A DNA stretch of 64,000 nt, taken from an uncultured candidate division Zixibacteria bacterium (GTDB lineage Bacteria; Zixibacteria; MSB-5A5; GN15; FEB-12). Where the stretch lies: NCBI GenBank assembly GCA_963664195.1, contig OY760907.1, positions 1,408,001 through 1,472,000 of the forward strand, given 5' to 3'. The position numbers and the translations under genes were made by a program. The notes below the pieces were generated by a model. It was not told the origin of the DNA and made no database searches. It saw only the letters and a program-made list of their open reading frames with translations. Each line of letters begins with the position of its first letter. The first letter of the stretch is position 1. Below, piece by piece: positions 48,309 to 58,561 of the stretch.

Positions 48309-51300
48309 ATGTCCGCGTTTGATCTCAAGCACGCGCCGAAATTCCACGGCAAAAATGCCGCGTCGGTTGTCGCCACTATCATTGCACTGGCGGTGGTACT
48401 TCAGATATCAGTTCTCAGCTCGCCGCCGGGTCCGGATCTGAATGTGAAGGTTGTGTCGCTAAAACCGGATGGTTCTGTTGATGTCGGCAGCAACATAACC
48501 GTCAAGTTTACGAAGGACATGGTCCCCGAGGACAGCCTTGACAAACCGCTGCTGAATCCGCCGCTGGTGATCGAGCCGCCGGTGCAGGGGATCGCAAGAT
48601 GGGTCGAACGGGATATTCTCAGATTCTATCCGGACTCCAAACTTGCCCCGGCGACCGATTACAAAGTGCGTGTCGAGTCAGACTCCGTGTTTGCCCACGG
48701 AAACCGGATCAACGATGACCGGACCTTTGAATTCCACACGGCGTATTTGCGCGTTACCGATAAATGGTCCTACCTGGCGCCGGAACACGGGTCACCTTTC
48801 GCCAACAGAGTTTTCGTACATCTGAACTTCAACAGCGCGGTGGATCTGGAGCAGATCATCGACAAGATCGAGATTGTCGGAGTCGAAGACGCCGACAAGT
48901 CCAGCCTTGATTTTGAAATACGGACCGAATTGGGCGTAGTCGGGAACAAGGCGGCGCCATTGACCGGGTTCTCCCGTTCATGCGAAATCTTCACCGAACC
49001 GATCAAGACCACCACCGAGCGGCAGGAGTACGAGCTTCGTCTGAAAACCGGCCTGGAGTGCGAGGACTGCGGCAAGTCCTTACAGGATGAATTCCGATAT
49101 GCCTTCACAGTGGAACCCCGACAGCGGCTTGAGGTCCGCGAGCTAAACGCGCGACAATCCGGCACCACCTTTGGGTTGGAGTTGTACCTTTCGACTTCTG
49201 TTGACGTCGTTGACCTTGAGAAGTACGTCTCTGTCGAACCGCAAGTCGATTTCACTCTGCGTGACGGGCGATACAATCTCACGCTTCGCGGCGACTTCAA
49301 ACCGGGGCAGACCTACGCCGTCACGGTCGCCGAAGGTGCACCGGCAATCAACGGCTCGATTCTCGAACGAGAGTTTTCGTCCCGTGTGACCGTGCCCGAC
49401 CTCTCCCCCACCGTCAAGTTCACAGCCTCCGGCCAATTCCTGCCAAGAGATGGCAGAGGCAACATAGAAATCAAGACGGTGAACATCGACACGCTCATGC
49501 TTGAGGTGCAGCAGGTTTTCGAAAACAACCTCGTGTATGCGCTTACTAACAATGTTAGCTCAAGGTACGGATACAGCACCGGCGATGACAGCTTCGGTCG
49601 GCGCATTCACTTCAAGAACTACGGTCTTACCTACAACAAAAACGACGAGTTGCTCTCAACGGTCAACGTTCGCGAGTTGATAGGAGACACTACGCGTGGA
49701 CTGTTCGTTGTGACCGCCCGACGCAAGAGTCAACGGTGGACCTCGGACAGTCGCCAGATGATGCTTTCGGATATCGGCATTTCCGCCCGCATGGCTGATG
49801 ACTACCTGATGGTTTGGGCGCATTCGCTCGAGGACACACGCCCGATCAAGAAGGCAACCGTATCGCTCATCAGCAAAAACAACCAGGTGCTTGTCGAGGG
49901 CAAAACCGACTCGCGCGGCATTGTCATATTCGACGATCTCTCGGATCATACCGAAGGTTTCGAGCCGTACTTGATTACTGTGCGATACAAGGACGACCTG
50001 TCGTATCTCAGGTTTGTCGATTGTCTGCTGCCGACGAACGACTTTGATGTTGCCGGACGGCCGTATCTCACCGATGGCTACGAAGCGTTTGTCTATTTTG
50101 ACCGTGACATTTTCCGCCCGGGAGAGACCGCGCATATCGTTTCGATTGTTCGTGCTGCGTCCGGGAAAATGCCCGGGGCGTTTCCATATCTGCTGGAGAT
50201 TCGAGATCCGCAGGGACGGAAGTTCAAAACGCTGAGGCTTACCACAGACGGATCTGCAATGACGGCCACGGACACTGCGATACCTTCGTTCGCTCCCACC
50301 GGACGATACACTGTGACCGCACGGATCGGCGAGGAATACGAAATCGGACGCGCAAGCTTCCTTGTCGAGGAGTTCATGCCCGACAGAATCAAGGTCGAGC
50401 TGGAAACGGCTAAGCCGGCCTATGTCGCGGGCGAGGTGATCAATATCACAGCCGATGCGAAGTTTCTGTTCGGTCCGCCCGCCGCAGCCCATCGCGTAAC
50501 GGGCACGGTGACGATCGAGCAAGACCTGTTCAGGCCTGCCGGATACTCTGCTTACCGTTTCTCAACGAGGAATCGACAGTTCGCCAAATCAGAATCGCGT
50601 CTGCAGGACGCTGTCCTCGGCCAAGACGGTCGCCACACTTACGTGCATCAACTTCCCGCCCGCATGACGGCACCGTCGTCGTTGAAAGCGCTTTTGGCCG
50701 TGTCAGTCTCCGAGGAGGGAGGGCGGACCGTGAGCGCGTATCGTGAGTTGGCGATTCATCCGTATGAGCGCTACCTCGGTTTGAAGACCAACCTTGAGGG
50801 CTATGCAAAACCGGGCGAGCAGATTGCGGCCGATATTGTCGGTCTCGACCCCAAAGGAGTGCCGGTGGCGATTGCGGACGCAAAAGCTGAGTTCTATCGT
50901 GTGATTTACAATTCGGTGCTGAAAAAAGACCGGCGCGGCTACTACCGCTACGTCTCAGAGCGAACTCGCCAACTTGTCGACACGGCGACGGTGAATATCC
51001 CCGTTGAAGGCGCGTCAGTCAGTTTCATCCCCGACGATTACGGCCAATACGAAATCGATGTCACCGACGCTTCCAGCGGTCACCAGAGTACGGTGTCATT
51101 TTATGCTTCCGGCTGGGGGTATGCACCGTGGTCGATGGAGGAGCCGGACAAGATTGAGTTGGGGCTTGATCGCGAATCGTACGAACCCGGCGAGACGGCC
51201 AGGGTGCAGGTGCGGGCACCGTTTGCCGGCACGCTGTTATTGACGGTCGAGCGCGACCAGGTGCTGGACATTGTCACTGTCGATATGGAAGAGAATACGG

Positions 51301-53786
51301 CTGAAATCGACCTGCCGGTTTCGAAGGATTTCTTCCCGAACGCCTACGTATCAGCGACATTAGTTCGCCCGGCATCTCAGGTGACAGGTCACACACCTGC
51401 CCGCGCGTTTGGTATGGCACCGTTGATACTTACGGTCACCGAGAAGAGCCTCAAGCTAACGATCGACGCCCCCACGATCATCAAACCCGAAACAGATGTA
51501 ACGGTGAATATTCAAACCGGCTGGCCCGGCCATCCCGGCCAACCGGGCGTAGCCATGCTGACGGTTGCGGCGGTTGATGCCGGCATTCTTCAGTTGACTG
51601 ATTTTCAAACGCCGGACCCGCTCGACTTCTTTTACGGCAAAAGACGCCCGTTGCTGAAACCGTACGATATGTATTCGCTTGTGTATCCCGAAGTAGAACG
51701 CGCCGGAAGCCATCTGTCTCCCGGCGGCGGTGCTATGTTTGCTGAGGCACGCAAGCGACACCTTAACCCGATCACGGCGGTGCGCGTGAAACCGGTTGCT
51801 CTCTGGTCAGGTTTGGTCGAGACGGACAAGACCGGCGCAGTATCAATCCCGTTCCATGTCCCGCAATTCAATGGCAAGCTGGTGCTCATGGCGGTCGCGG
51901 TGCAGGGGGACAGGTTTGGTTCGGCCTCCGGAGAGATGACCGTGCGTGATCGCATTGTCATTCAGGAAAGCTTCCCGCGCTTCACGGCACCCAACGATGA
52001 AATCGACGGCCTCGTGACGCTCTTCAATAACACCGGAGACTCTGCCGCAATAGACGTAACTCTGTCACTCAACGGCCCGGCAGAACTAATGACAAACGCG
52101 ACGCAGACGATCTTGATCGCCAACGGTGCAGAGGGTGTCGCGCGGTTCAAGATCAAGGCCGGTCTTGTCGTGGGCAAAACCGACTGTGTGATCACAGCCG
52201 TTGCCGGCGCCGATACCTCGCGAGTAACATTTGAACTGCCAAACCGGCCGGCCCAGCCATTGAAGACTGAATTCGGGTCGGGTGTTGTCACTGCCGACAG
52301 CGCAGTCGCGTTTGATCTTCCGGGCGATTGGGTCGAGGGCACCGACAAGTATATCCTGCGGACTTCATCGCTGGCGGCGGTTTCGTTTGCACGCAATATC
52401 CAGAGCCTTCTGCGGTATCCGTACGGGTGTGTGGAGCAGACTACCTCGCGATTGTTCCCGCTGCTGTACTTCAACGATCTCGCAAAGTTTGTTCAGGCTG
52501 ATCTGGCAGGTGGGGGCGGGCCGGACTATTTCATCCAGGAGGGCATCCTCAGGCTAAGCAGCATGGCACTTGCTGATGGCTCCTTTTCGTACTGGCCCGG
52601 AGGAGAGCGCAGGCATCACTGGTCCAGTGTGTACGCGTCGCATTTCCTTGTCGAGGCTCGCAAAGCGGGTTACCTGGTTGACGACGACCTCTACAAGAAG
52701 ACGCTGGAAAACGTCAAGAAGATCGCCGCCGGAAAGTCCAGTGACAACTACGACGAACCCCAGCGAATCTATGCCGCGTTTGTTCTGGCCAAAGCCGGCA
52801 AGCTCGACAACAAGATGGTGAACCGCCTCCGACGGCTTGACCCCGACGCCATCCCTGTCTACTCAAGATTCCAGATGGCGGGCGCGATAGCGATGACCGG
52901 CGATGGGGCCTACGCACGCTCACTTATCCCCGAGACAATCCAGCCGGATAACTTTGCACCCGAAACCGGTGGGAACTTCAATTCAGGCGTCAGAGCCAAC
53001 GCTATCCTGTTAGATGTTTTGCTCGAAATAGACCCGACAAACCCGGCTGCGCCGGTGTTGGCGAAATCACTCATGGATGACGCCCGGGTGGGGCGATGGT
53101 ACACCACTCAGGAGAACGCCTTTGCGCTCATGGCCCTCGGCAAGTTTTTCAAAGGGCGTGAGACGCCGGACTTCGTGGGGACGGTTATGATCGGCGGTGA
53201 GACGTTCGAGATCGACACGGCGTCGTTCAAACTCGATCGCAACGATCTTGGTGGCAAACGGGTAACGATTGCAATCGACGGCGCCGGTCCCTGTTTCTAC
53301 TACTGGCAGGCCAGCGGGGTTGGCGTGTCGCATGCTGTCGATGAGTTTGATCGGGGCATTGAGGTGCGTCGCGAGTATCTCACGGAGGACGGCGAACCGC
53401 TTGATCTGAACAACGTCACACTCGGGAGTCGTGTTATCTGTCGTGTGATGGCAAGGTCGCAGCAGAAGACCTTGCACAACGCGGTGATAAGCGATCTCAT
53501 CCCGGCGGGGTTGGAAATCGAGAACCCGCGATTGAAAACCTCGCCCGCACTGTCGTGGTTGAACACCACGGGACAGCAACCTGAGTACCAGGATATTCGG
53601 GATGACCGCCTGTTGTTGTTTGCGGATCTGCCCACGGGTCACGAGTTGGAATTCTACTACAGCCTGCGGGCAATCTCAGCCGGTGAGTTTGTGATCCCGC
53701 CGATTGCAGCTGAGTGCATGTACAACCCGTTGATCGCCGGGGCGGCGTCCTCAGGTAGAATGATCATTGTCCCGGTAGCGGAATAG
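48309..53786 (+). CDS. Bacterial alpha-2-macroglobulin (YfhM/MG2 family)
   Basis: DRDIFRPGE, VEEFMPDR, AAVDAGILQLTDFQTPDP, PQFNGKL, thioester YPYGCVEQTTS, TTQENAFAL, DIRDDR, ECMYNP. Lies directly upstream of pbpC. Confidence 0.95.
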   Translation: MSAFDLKHAPKFHGKNAASVVATIIALAVVLQISVLSSPPGPDLNVKVVSLKPDGSVDVGSNITVKFTKDMVPEDSLDKPLLNPPLVIEPPVQGIARWVERDILRFYPDSKLAPATDYKVRVESDSVFAHGNRINDDRTFEFHTAYLRVTDKWSYLAPEHGSPFANRVFVHLNFNSAVDLEQIIDKIEIVGVEDADKSSLDFEIRTELGVVGNKAAPLTGFSRSCEIFTEPIKTTTERQEYELRLKTGLECEDCGKSLQDEFRYAFTVEPRQRLEVRELNARQSGTTFGLELYLSTSVDVVDLEKYVSVEPQVDFTLRDGRYNLTLRGDFKPGQTYAVTVAEGAPAINGSILEREFSSRVTVPDLSPTVKFTASGQFLPRDGRGNIEIKTVNIDTLMLEVQQVFENNLVYALTNNVSSRYGYSTGDDSFGRRIHFKNYGLTYNKNDELLSTVNVRELIGDTTRGLFVVTARRKSQRWTSDSRQMMLSDIGISARMADDYLMVWAHSLEDTRPIKKATVSLISKNNQVLVEGKTDSRGIVIFDDLSDHTEGFEPYLITVRYKDDLSYLRFVDCLLPTNDFDVAGRPYLTDGYEAFVYFDRDIFRPGETAHIVSIVRAASGKMPGAFPYLLEIRDPQGRKFKTLRLTTDGSAMTATDTAIPSFAPTGRYTVTARIGEEYEIGRASFLVEEFMPDRIKVELETAKPAYVAGEVINITADAKFLFGPPAAAHRVTGTVTIEQDLFRPAGYSAYRFSTRNRQFAKSESRLQDAVLGQDGRHTYVHQLPARMTAPSSLKALLAVSVSEEGGRTVSAYRELAIHPYERYLGLKTNLEGYAKPGEQIAADIVGLDPKGVPVAIADAKAEFYRVIYNSVLKKDRRGYYRYVSERTRQLVDTATVNIPVEGASVSFIPDDYGQYEIDVTDASSGHQSTVSFYASGWGYAPWSMEEPDKIELGLDRESYEPGETARVQVRAPFAGTLLLTVERDQVLDIVTVDMEENTAEIDLPVSKDFFPNAYVSATLVRPASQVTGHTPARAFGMAPLILTVTEKSLKLTIDAPTIIKPETDVTVNIQTGWPGHPGQPGVAMLTVAAVDAGILQLTDFQTPDPLDFFYGKRRPLLKPYDMYSLVYPEVERAGSHLSPGGGAMFAEARKRHLNPITAVRVKPVALWSGLVETDKTGAVSIPFHVPQFNGKLVLMAVAVQGDRFGSASGEMTVRDRIVIQESFPRFTAPNDEIDGLVTLFNNTGDSAAIDVTLSLNGPAELMTNATQTILIANGAEGVARFKIKAGLVVGKTDCVITAVAGADTSRVTFELPNRPAQPLKTEFGSGVVTADSAVAFDLPGDWVEGTDKYILRTSSLAAVSFARNIQSLLRYPYGCVEQTTSRLFPLLYFNDLAKFVQADLAGGGGPDYFIQEGILRLSSMALADGSFSYWPGGERRHHWSSVYASHFLVEARKAGYLVDDDLYKKTLENVKKIAAGKSSDNYDEPQRIYAAFVLAKAGKLDNKMVNRLRRLDPDAIPVYSRFQMAGAIAMTGDGAYARSLIPETIQPDNFAPETGGNFNSGVRANAILLDVLLEIDPTNPAAPVLAKSLMDDARVGRWYTTQENAFALMALGKFFKGRETPDFVGTVMIGGETFEIDTASFKLDRNDLGGKRVTIAIDGAGPCFYYWQASGVGVSHAVDEFDRGIEVRREYLTEDGEPLDLNNVTLGSRVICRVMARSQQKTLHNAVISDLIPAGLEIENPRLKTSPALSWLNTTGQQPEYQDIRDDRLLLFADLPTGHELEFYYSLRAISAGEFVIPPIAAECMYNPLIAGAASSGRMIIVPVAE

Positions 53787-53806
53787 TCAGAACTGAAGCG
53801 GAAGAA

Positions 53807-56125
53807 ATGAAAACGCGACTGCGCAAAACACTCACACGTCTCAGCACGGTGCTGATCGGGTCTATCCTGATCGGCCTCGTGCTGGATTGGTTTGTTTTTC
53901 CGTTGCCGTACGATTCTCTCACACGATCTCACGCGCAGTTGGTGTACAACCGCGACGGCCATCTCATGGGCGCGTTTACCTCGCCCGACCGCTATTGGCG
54001 CTTGCCGGTGAAGTTCGATCAGATTTCGCCCTTGTTGCAAGAGACCGTGATTGCGTGCGAGGATCAATGGTTCTATTACCATCCCGGTTTCAACCCGGTG
54101 TCTCTGATATCGGCGGCGATTTCGAATCTACAAGCGGGCGAGATCGTTCGAGGAGGTTCGACAATCACCATGCAGATTGCCCGCATGATCGAACCCAAAC
54201 CGCGCACGATCAAAAACAAGCTGATCGAAATCTGTCGTGCGGTGCAGCTTGAGTTACACTTCTCCAAGAACGAATTGCTTGAGACCTATTTCAATCTCGC
54301 GCCTTACGGCGGCAACATGGAAGGGGTCGGAGCAGCCGCGCTGTTCTATTTCGACAAGTCCCCCGACGAGCTGTCCCTTTCGGAGTGTGCGATCCTCGCA
54401 GCAATCCCCGTGTCTCCCTCGCGCTTCAGGCCCGACAAGGACATGACGAATTGCCGTAACAGGCGGGATCGGGTGTTGGCGTACCTACGGGACAGTGAGA
54501 GGATTACGACGGACGACTACGAGCAGGCACTGGCGGAGGAAATCCCGACCGAACGTCTAATGGTGCCAACCATTGCGCCGCATTTCTGCCAGGCGCTCGG
54601 CGTGTCTTATCCTGATAGCGTGAGGTTGGTGTCGACCGTTGATTTCGAGATGCAGGCGACTGCCGAACGGCTTGCTGATTTGCATCATTCACGGCTCACT
54701 CAGAAAGGGATTCACAATCTTTCGATTGTCGTGCTTGACAATGCCACGGGCGATATCCTTGCCATGGTCGGCTCGCCGGATTGGCACGATCTCAAACATC
54801 ACGGTCAGATCAACGGTGCTCTGGCCGCCCGTTCGCCGGGGTCGACCCTCAAGCCGTTTGCGTATGCGCTGGCGCTGGACAGCGGTCTGGTTTCGCCGGA
54901 ATATCGTCTGGCTGACATTCCGGTCAACTACTCGGGTTACTCGCCGGAGAATTACGACGAGCAATATCACGGCGTCGTGTCGGTACGTGAGGCGCTGATC
55001 AATTCGTACAATGTTCCGGCGGTGAATGTGACGGCCAAGGTCGGCCTTGAACCGTTCTACAAACTGCTGAAGAGCGGTGGGCTTTCGACTCTCGATAAGA
55101 AGTACTACGAATACGGGTTGCCGCTGGTTTTGGGTGGGTGCGAGGTCACACTCGTTGACCTGACGAATCTGTACTCATCGCTCGCACGGGGCGGTCAATA
55201 TGCTGAGTGCTCATGGTTGCGGGATCACAAAGAGCCTGCGAGGCAGAGCCTGCTCTCAGAAGAAGCGAGCTTCCTGATTTCAGAAATCCTCCTCGACCTC
55301 AAACGGCCCGATCTTCCGACAAGCTGGGAGTTCACCGCTGATCTTCCCCGTGTGGCCTGGAAGACGGGCACGTCGTACGGTCGCAAGGATGCCTGGACAA
55401 TCGGATACAATCCAAAATACACCGTAGGCGTCTGGGCGGGGAACTTCTCCGGCGAGGGATCGATTGACATTGTCGGGGCTGGAATTGCTGCGCCGCTCAT
55501 GTTTGATATCTTTAACGAGATTTCCTCTGAGACAGATGACGGTTGGTTTGAGATGCCGTCAGGAGTCGAGACTCGTCGTGTGTGTGCGGTCAGCGGAAAA
55601 CTTCCGGGCGTTCATTGCCACGAGACTGTTCTCGAACATTTCATCGCGGAGAAGTCGCCGACCGAGATGTGTGACATTCACCAGATGATTCTTGTCGACA
55701 ACGTGACCGGTTACCGCCTGTGCCGATTCTGCGCTCACGGTGCCGACTACTCAGAGGTCACACGCGAGCAATGGCCGGCGAAACTGGCGTCATGGTTGAA
55801 CGAGTCGGGCAGGTTCGATCCGGTTCCGGCACACAACCCCGACTGCCCGGGTTATCTCATCGCTGACAACCCGGTGATAACGTCACCTGAGAAAGACGCG
55901 GTGTTTGTGTTGCGGGAGGGAGTGCCCTCAGAGTACCAGAAGATACTGCTTGAAGCTTCCGCGCCGGGCGGGTGTCGAGAGATGCACTGGTTTGTCGACC
56001 GGAAGTTGTACGAGACTTGCGAACCGGGAGCGCGAGTTTTTTATACGCCTTCGAAAGGCAAACACGATCTGATGTGCCTTGATGATCAGGGCCGTTCCCA
56101 GACGGTCTCGTTTGAGGTGCGGTGA
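53807..56125 (+). CDS. pbpC: Penicillin-binding protein 1C
   Basis: EDQWFYYHPG, GGSTITMQIAR, APYGGNMEG, SxxK (GSTLKPF), SYN, KTGTSYG, C-terminal BiPBP_C-like domain. Confidence 0.93.
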   Translation: MKTRLRKTLTRLSTVLIGSILIGLVLDWFVFPLPYDSLTRSHAQLVYNRDGHLMGAFTSPDRYWRLPVKFDQISPLLQETVIACEDQWFYYHPGFNPVSLISAAISNLQAGEIVRGGSTITMQIARMIEPKPRTIKNKLIEICRAVQLELHFSKNELLETYFNLAPYGGNMEGVGAAALFYFDKSPDELSLSECAILAAIPVSPSRFRPDKDMTNCRNRRDRVLAYLRDSERITTDDYEQALAEEIPTERLMVPTIAPHFCQALGVSYPDSVRLVSTVDFEMQATAERLADLHHSRLTQKGIHNLSIVVLDNATGDILAMVGSPDWHDLKHHGQINGALAARSPGSTLKPFAYALALDSGLVSPEYRLADIPVNYSGYSPENYDEQYHGVVSVREALINSYNVPAVNVTAKVGLEPFYKLLKSGGLSTLDKKYYEYGLPLVLGGCEVTLVDLTNLYSSLARGGQYAECSWLRDHKEPARQSLLSEEASFLISEILLDLKRPDLPTSWEFTADLPRVAWKTGTSYGRKDAWTIGYNPKYTVGVWAGNFSGEGSIDIVGAGIAAPLMFDIFNEISSETDDGWFEMPSGVETRRVCAVSGKLPGVHCHETVLEHFIAEKSPTEMCDIHQMILVDNVTGYRLCRFCAHGADYSEVTREQWPAKLASWLNESGRFDPVPAHNPDCPGYLIADNPVITSPEKDAVFVLREGVPSEYQKILLEASAPGGCREMHWFVDRKLYETCEPGARVFYTPSKGKHDLMCLDDQGRSQTVSFEVR

Positions 56126-56146
56126 GTTGTGCCGTGCACCGAGGCT

Positions 56147-56218
56147 GGGTGGCCCCTTCAAACTTGTCTGGAGGGGGCTTGAATCCGGGCCAAACAAGCT
56201 TGACCCGGCCACCCGTCG
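56147..56218. repeat. GGGTGGCC...GGCCACCC palindromic element (REP/MITE-like)
   Basis: Terminal inverted repeats with internal hairpins. The right 41 bp (56178-56218) recur with one mismatch at 58018-58058. Confidence 0.65.
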
Positions 56219-56371
56219 TTTGAAGTGCGATAGTTCTTCGTAGCGAAGGTCTGTCTTCGGTTATCATTGTAGGTCAGGCCTGTCTTCTGGCCTGACGGTA
56301 AGGAGAGTCCGCTGGAGGCGGACGTTGGCAGGTTTGCAGACAAACCTTCCTTACGGATCTGAGGACCTCAG

Positions 56372-56743
56372 TCAGCCACTGATAACGTTATCCAGATCCA
56401 CCACTGCCCTCTCAAGCGTTCGGCTGACCACCGTTGTCTGGTCAATCTTGACCACCACATCCGCTACTTCAGCCGTCTCATACTCCACACTCGACATCTT
56501 GACCGTGTATACGCCGGGTGGAACCCCCTCAATGGTGTATTGACCGTCAAGATCAGTCATCGCACCTAGCTGCGTCCCCGGAAGCATGACGGTCGCGCCG
56601 ATTACAGGCTCGCCGGTCTCTTTGTCGGTTATCAGCCCCGCTATCTGTCCGGAGGGTGGTGCTTTGAACGGCGGGCCGCAACCGATCGCACAGATAACAA
56701 TGGCCATGAAGATGATGAACGTAGTGACGTGTTGTGATCGCAT
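56372..56743 (-). CDS. Lipoprotein with one carboxypeptidase-regulatory-like (CarboxypepD_reg) domain
   Basis: Lipobox AIGC, GQIAGLITDKETGEPVIGATV...GAMTDLDGQYTI..VPPGVY, GGGAGG RBS. Confidence 0.85.
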   Translation of the reverse strand: MRSQHVTTFIIFMAIVICAIGCGPPFKAPPSGQIAGLITDKETGEPVIGATVMLPGTQLGAMTDLDGQYTIEGVPPGVYTVKMSSVEYETAEVADVVVKIDQTTVVSRTLERAVVDLDNVISG

Positions 56744-57769
56744 GCCTTACCTCCCAATCTGGATGCTGCGGCGGGTTTCATCAGAGTGAACCGATATAAT
56801 AAGGGACGAATGGGGCGGCAATCTGTTTGATTGACGAGGTCGCGCAGTCCCGCAGGCTGGGGCAGATTATCATCTGCCGCCCACAGTGGGTTGATGCTGC
56901 GTACTTGCGTGGGCGGCACACGATTCTTCCCACCGGACGTTACACTTCGTTCCGCTCCGGGCGGGGTACCGAAGGCGGGGTGATTTTAGCGTTGGAGAGG
57001 TACCTTCCTTAGGGCCAGATCAACTGTGATCGTTGCGGTCCGCTCAATCTTCACATCGGCCAGTTCTGCTGTCAGGTATCCTGAAGCTACGAATCGCAAT
57101 GTATGCACTCCGGAAGGAACTTGGCCAATGACGTAGTTGCCTGTCTGATCGGTCGATCTCCCGATTTCCTCGTCGACTAAGTATGCAATGGCCCCCACAA
57201 TCGGCTCCCCAGTCTCCACATCTGTAACCGTCCCCTTGATCTGACCGAACAGAGAGTCCGGCTCCAGGATCGGCCACCGGTGCTCCGGTATGCGTATCTC
57301 ACCCGGTGGATCAATGTACGGATGACCTCTGCGTCTTGGCGGTGGCTTCTTCAATGTCTGATCAATTCTGATTGTCTTGCCTCGCATGACCTTCACGTCC
57401 TCCAGTTGGACCGTACGATACTCCACAGCCGACATCCGCACTGCATAGACCCCAGGAGGTACTTCTTCGATTGCGTAGTGACCCTTGAGATCAGACGCCC
57501 AACCCTTCTTGGTATCGACAACCATGATGGTTGCCCCGACAATCGGATCACCGGTTTCGTTATCTGTAATCGTTCCTTCAATCTGTCCGTAGGGACTATC
57601 GGTCTTCGGCGGGCCGCAACCGATCGCACAGATAACAATGGCCATGAAGATGATGAACGTAGTGACGTGTTCTGATCGCATGCCTTACCTCCCAATCCGG
57701 ATGCTGCGGCGGGTTTCATCAGAGTGATGCAATATAGCAAAGGACGAATGGCAGGACAATCTGTTTGAT
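56669..57769. repeat. ~163-bp direct duplication (56669-56831 and 57607-57769) covering promoter, 5'UTR, RBS and signal peptide
   Basis: Constant offset of 938 bp. Near identity across signal peptide and UTR, with more mismatches in the promoter part. Confidence 0.9.
56986..57681 (-). CDS. Lipoprotein with two CarboxypepD_reg-like domains
   Basis: Same lipoprotein leader as 56372-56743. Two GQIxGT(I/V)TDxETGxPIVGA domains joined by a Pro/Arg-rich linker. Confidence 0.85.
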   Translation of the reverse strand: MRSEHVTTFIIFMAIVICAIGCGPPKTDSPYGQIEGTITDNETGDPIVGATIMVVDTKKGWASDLKGHYAIEEVPPGVYAVRMSAVEYRTVQLEDVKVMRGKTIRIDQTLKKPPPRRRGHPYIDPPGEIRIPEHRWPILEPDSLFGQIKGTVTDVETGEPIVGAIAYLVDEEIGRSTDQTGNYVIGQVPSGVHTLRFVASGYLTAELADVKIERTATITVDLALRKVPLQR

Positions 57770-57798
57770 CGGGGGAATCTAGTCGGTCTGCCAATCAA

Positions 57799-57878
57799 GT
57801 CAGACTGAGCTTGTCGAAGTCTGCATCACTTGATTGGTCTAAGGATAGGGTCCACACTTCGACAGGCTCAGTGTGACT
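57799..57878. repeat. GTCA...CTGAGCTTGTCGAAG / CTTCGACAGGCTCAG...TGAC palindromic repeat
   Basis: Long imperfect inverted repeat. A partial second right arm, GGTCCACACTTCGACAAGCTCA, lies at about 58176-58197. Confidence 0.65.
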
Positions 57879-58232
57879 CACTGGTAGTACTTGTAGGGCG
57901 AAACCCTTTAGCGGTTCCGCCGGAAAGAGAGTCCGCCGCAGGCGGACGATGGCAGAACCGCTCTGTGTGTTTGTTCTAACGGGCCAGTGCGTCTATTCGG
58001 GTTCTGCCCTACAAAGACTTGAATCCGGGCCAAACAAGTTTGACCCGGCCACCCGTCGAAGAGACCTGAGCCAGGATGTTTGCCCTACAAGTACAAGACT
58101 CCAGATCGAGATTGTGTCGTTGTGCGATGGGAGTCGTCAGACGGGGTCGTCTGACGACACAGACAAGGGGAATAAGGTCCACACTTCGACAAGCTCACAG
58201 GCTTGCCTGGTTGCGTGACTTTCCGGCAATAT

Positions 58233-58263
58233 AAAAGGCCGGGCATTTCGTGGATGCCCGGCC
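58233..58263 (-). terminator. Rho-independent terminator (minus strand)
   Basis: Minus strand GGCCGGGCAT-loop-ATGCCCGGCC-TTTT. Confidence 0.75.
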
Positions 58264-58317
58264 CCCTTGGAAGGAGTGATTTCGAAGCCGTGACTAGCGG
58301 TTCAAAATCCTTTTCGA

Positions 58318-58425
58318 TCATCGCTCAGCAAGTTGCTCGCTGAACCGATCTGCTTTTGTGATCAACCCCATCAGTTCCAAAACGTCCGGATCGCTGGAGT
58401 CGATATATATCTGTCTCCACCGCAT
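58318..58425 (-). CDS. Possible 35-aa small protein
   Basis: MRWRQIYIDSSDPDVLELMGLITKADRFSEQLAER lies between the DUF4032 gene and its terminator. No clear RBS. Confidence 0.25.
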   Translation of the reverse strand: MRWRQIYIDSSDPDVLELMGLITKADRFSEQLAER

Positions 58426-58561
58426 TCCGGATCTTGCGGTTGTTCTGTCACCGAGGGGAGTACTGTATACAAGACGGATGGTGCGACGATTTGTGCGATA
58501 ACTTCCCGGTAGTCAGAATGAGCGAGTTCAGGATATCAGGTGTCAATTGTAACGGCTGTAT

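Noticed and set aside
56755..56790. CTGATGA in the duplicated 5'UTR as a hammerhead ribozyme or fluoride riboswitch
   Set aside because: No stem II followed by GAAA, and no fluoride-aptamer pseudoknot elements.
56669..57769. Diversity-generating retroelement template/variable repeat pair
   Set aside because: The duplication covers promoters and signal peptides, mismatches are not adenine-specific, and no reverse transcriptase is present.
58294..58425. TGA readthrough (selenocysteine) extending the 35-aa ORF to TAG at 58294
   Set aside because: No evident SECIS hairpin or redox motif, and the ORF itself is doubtful.
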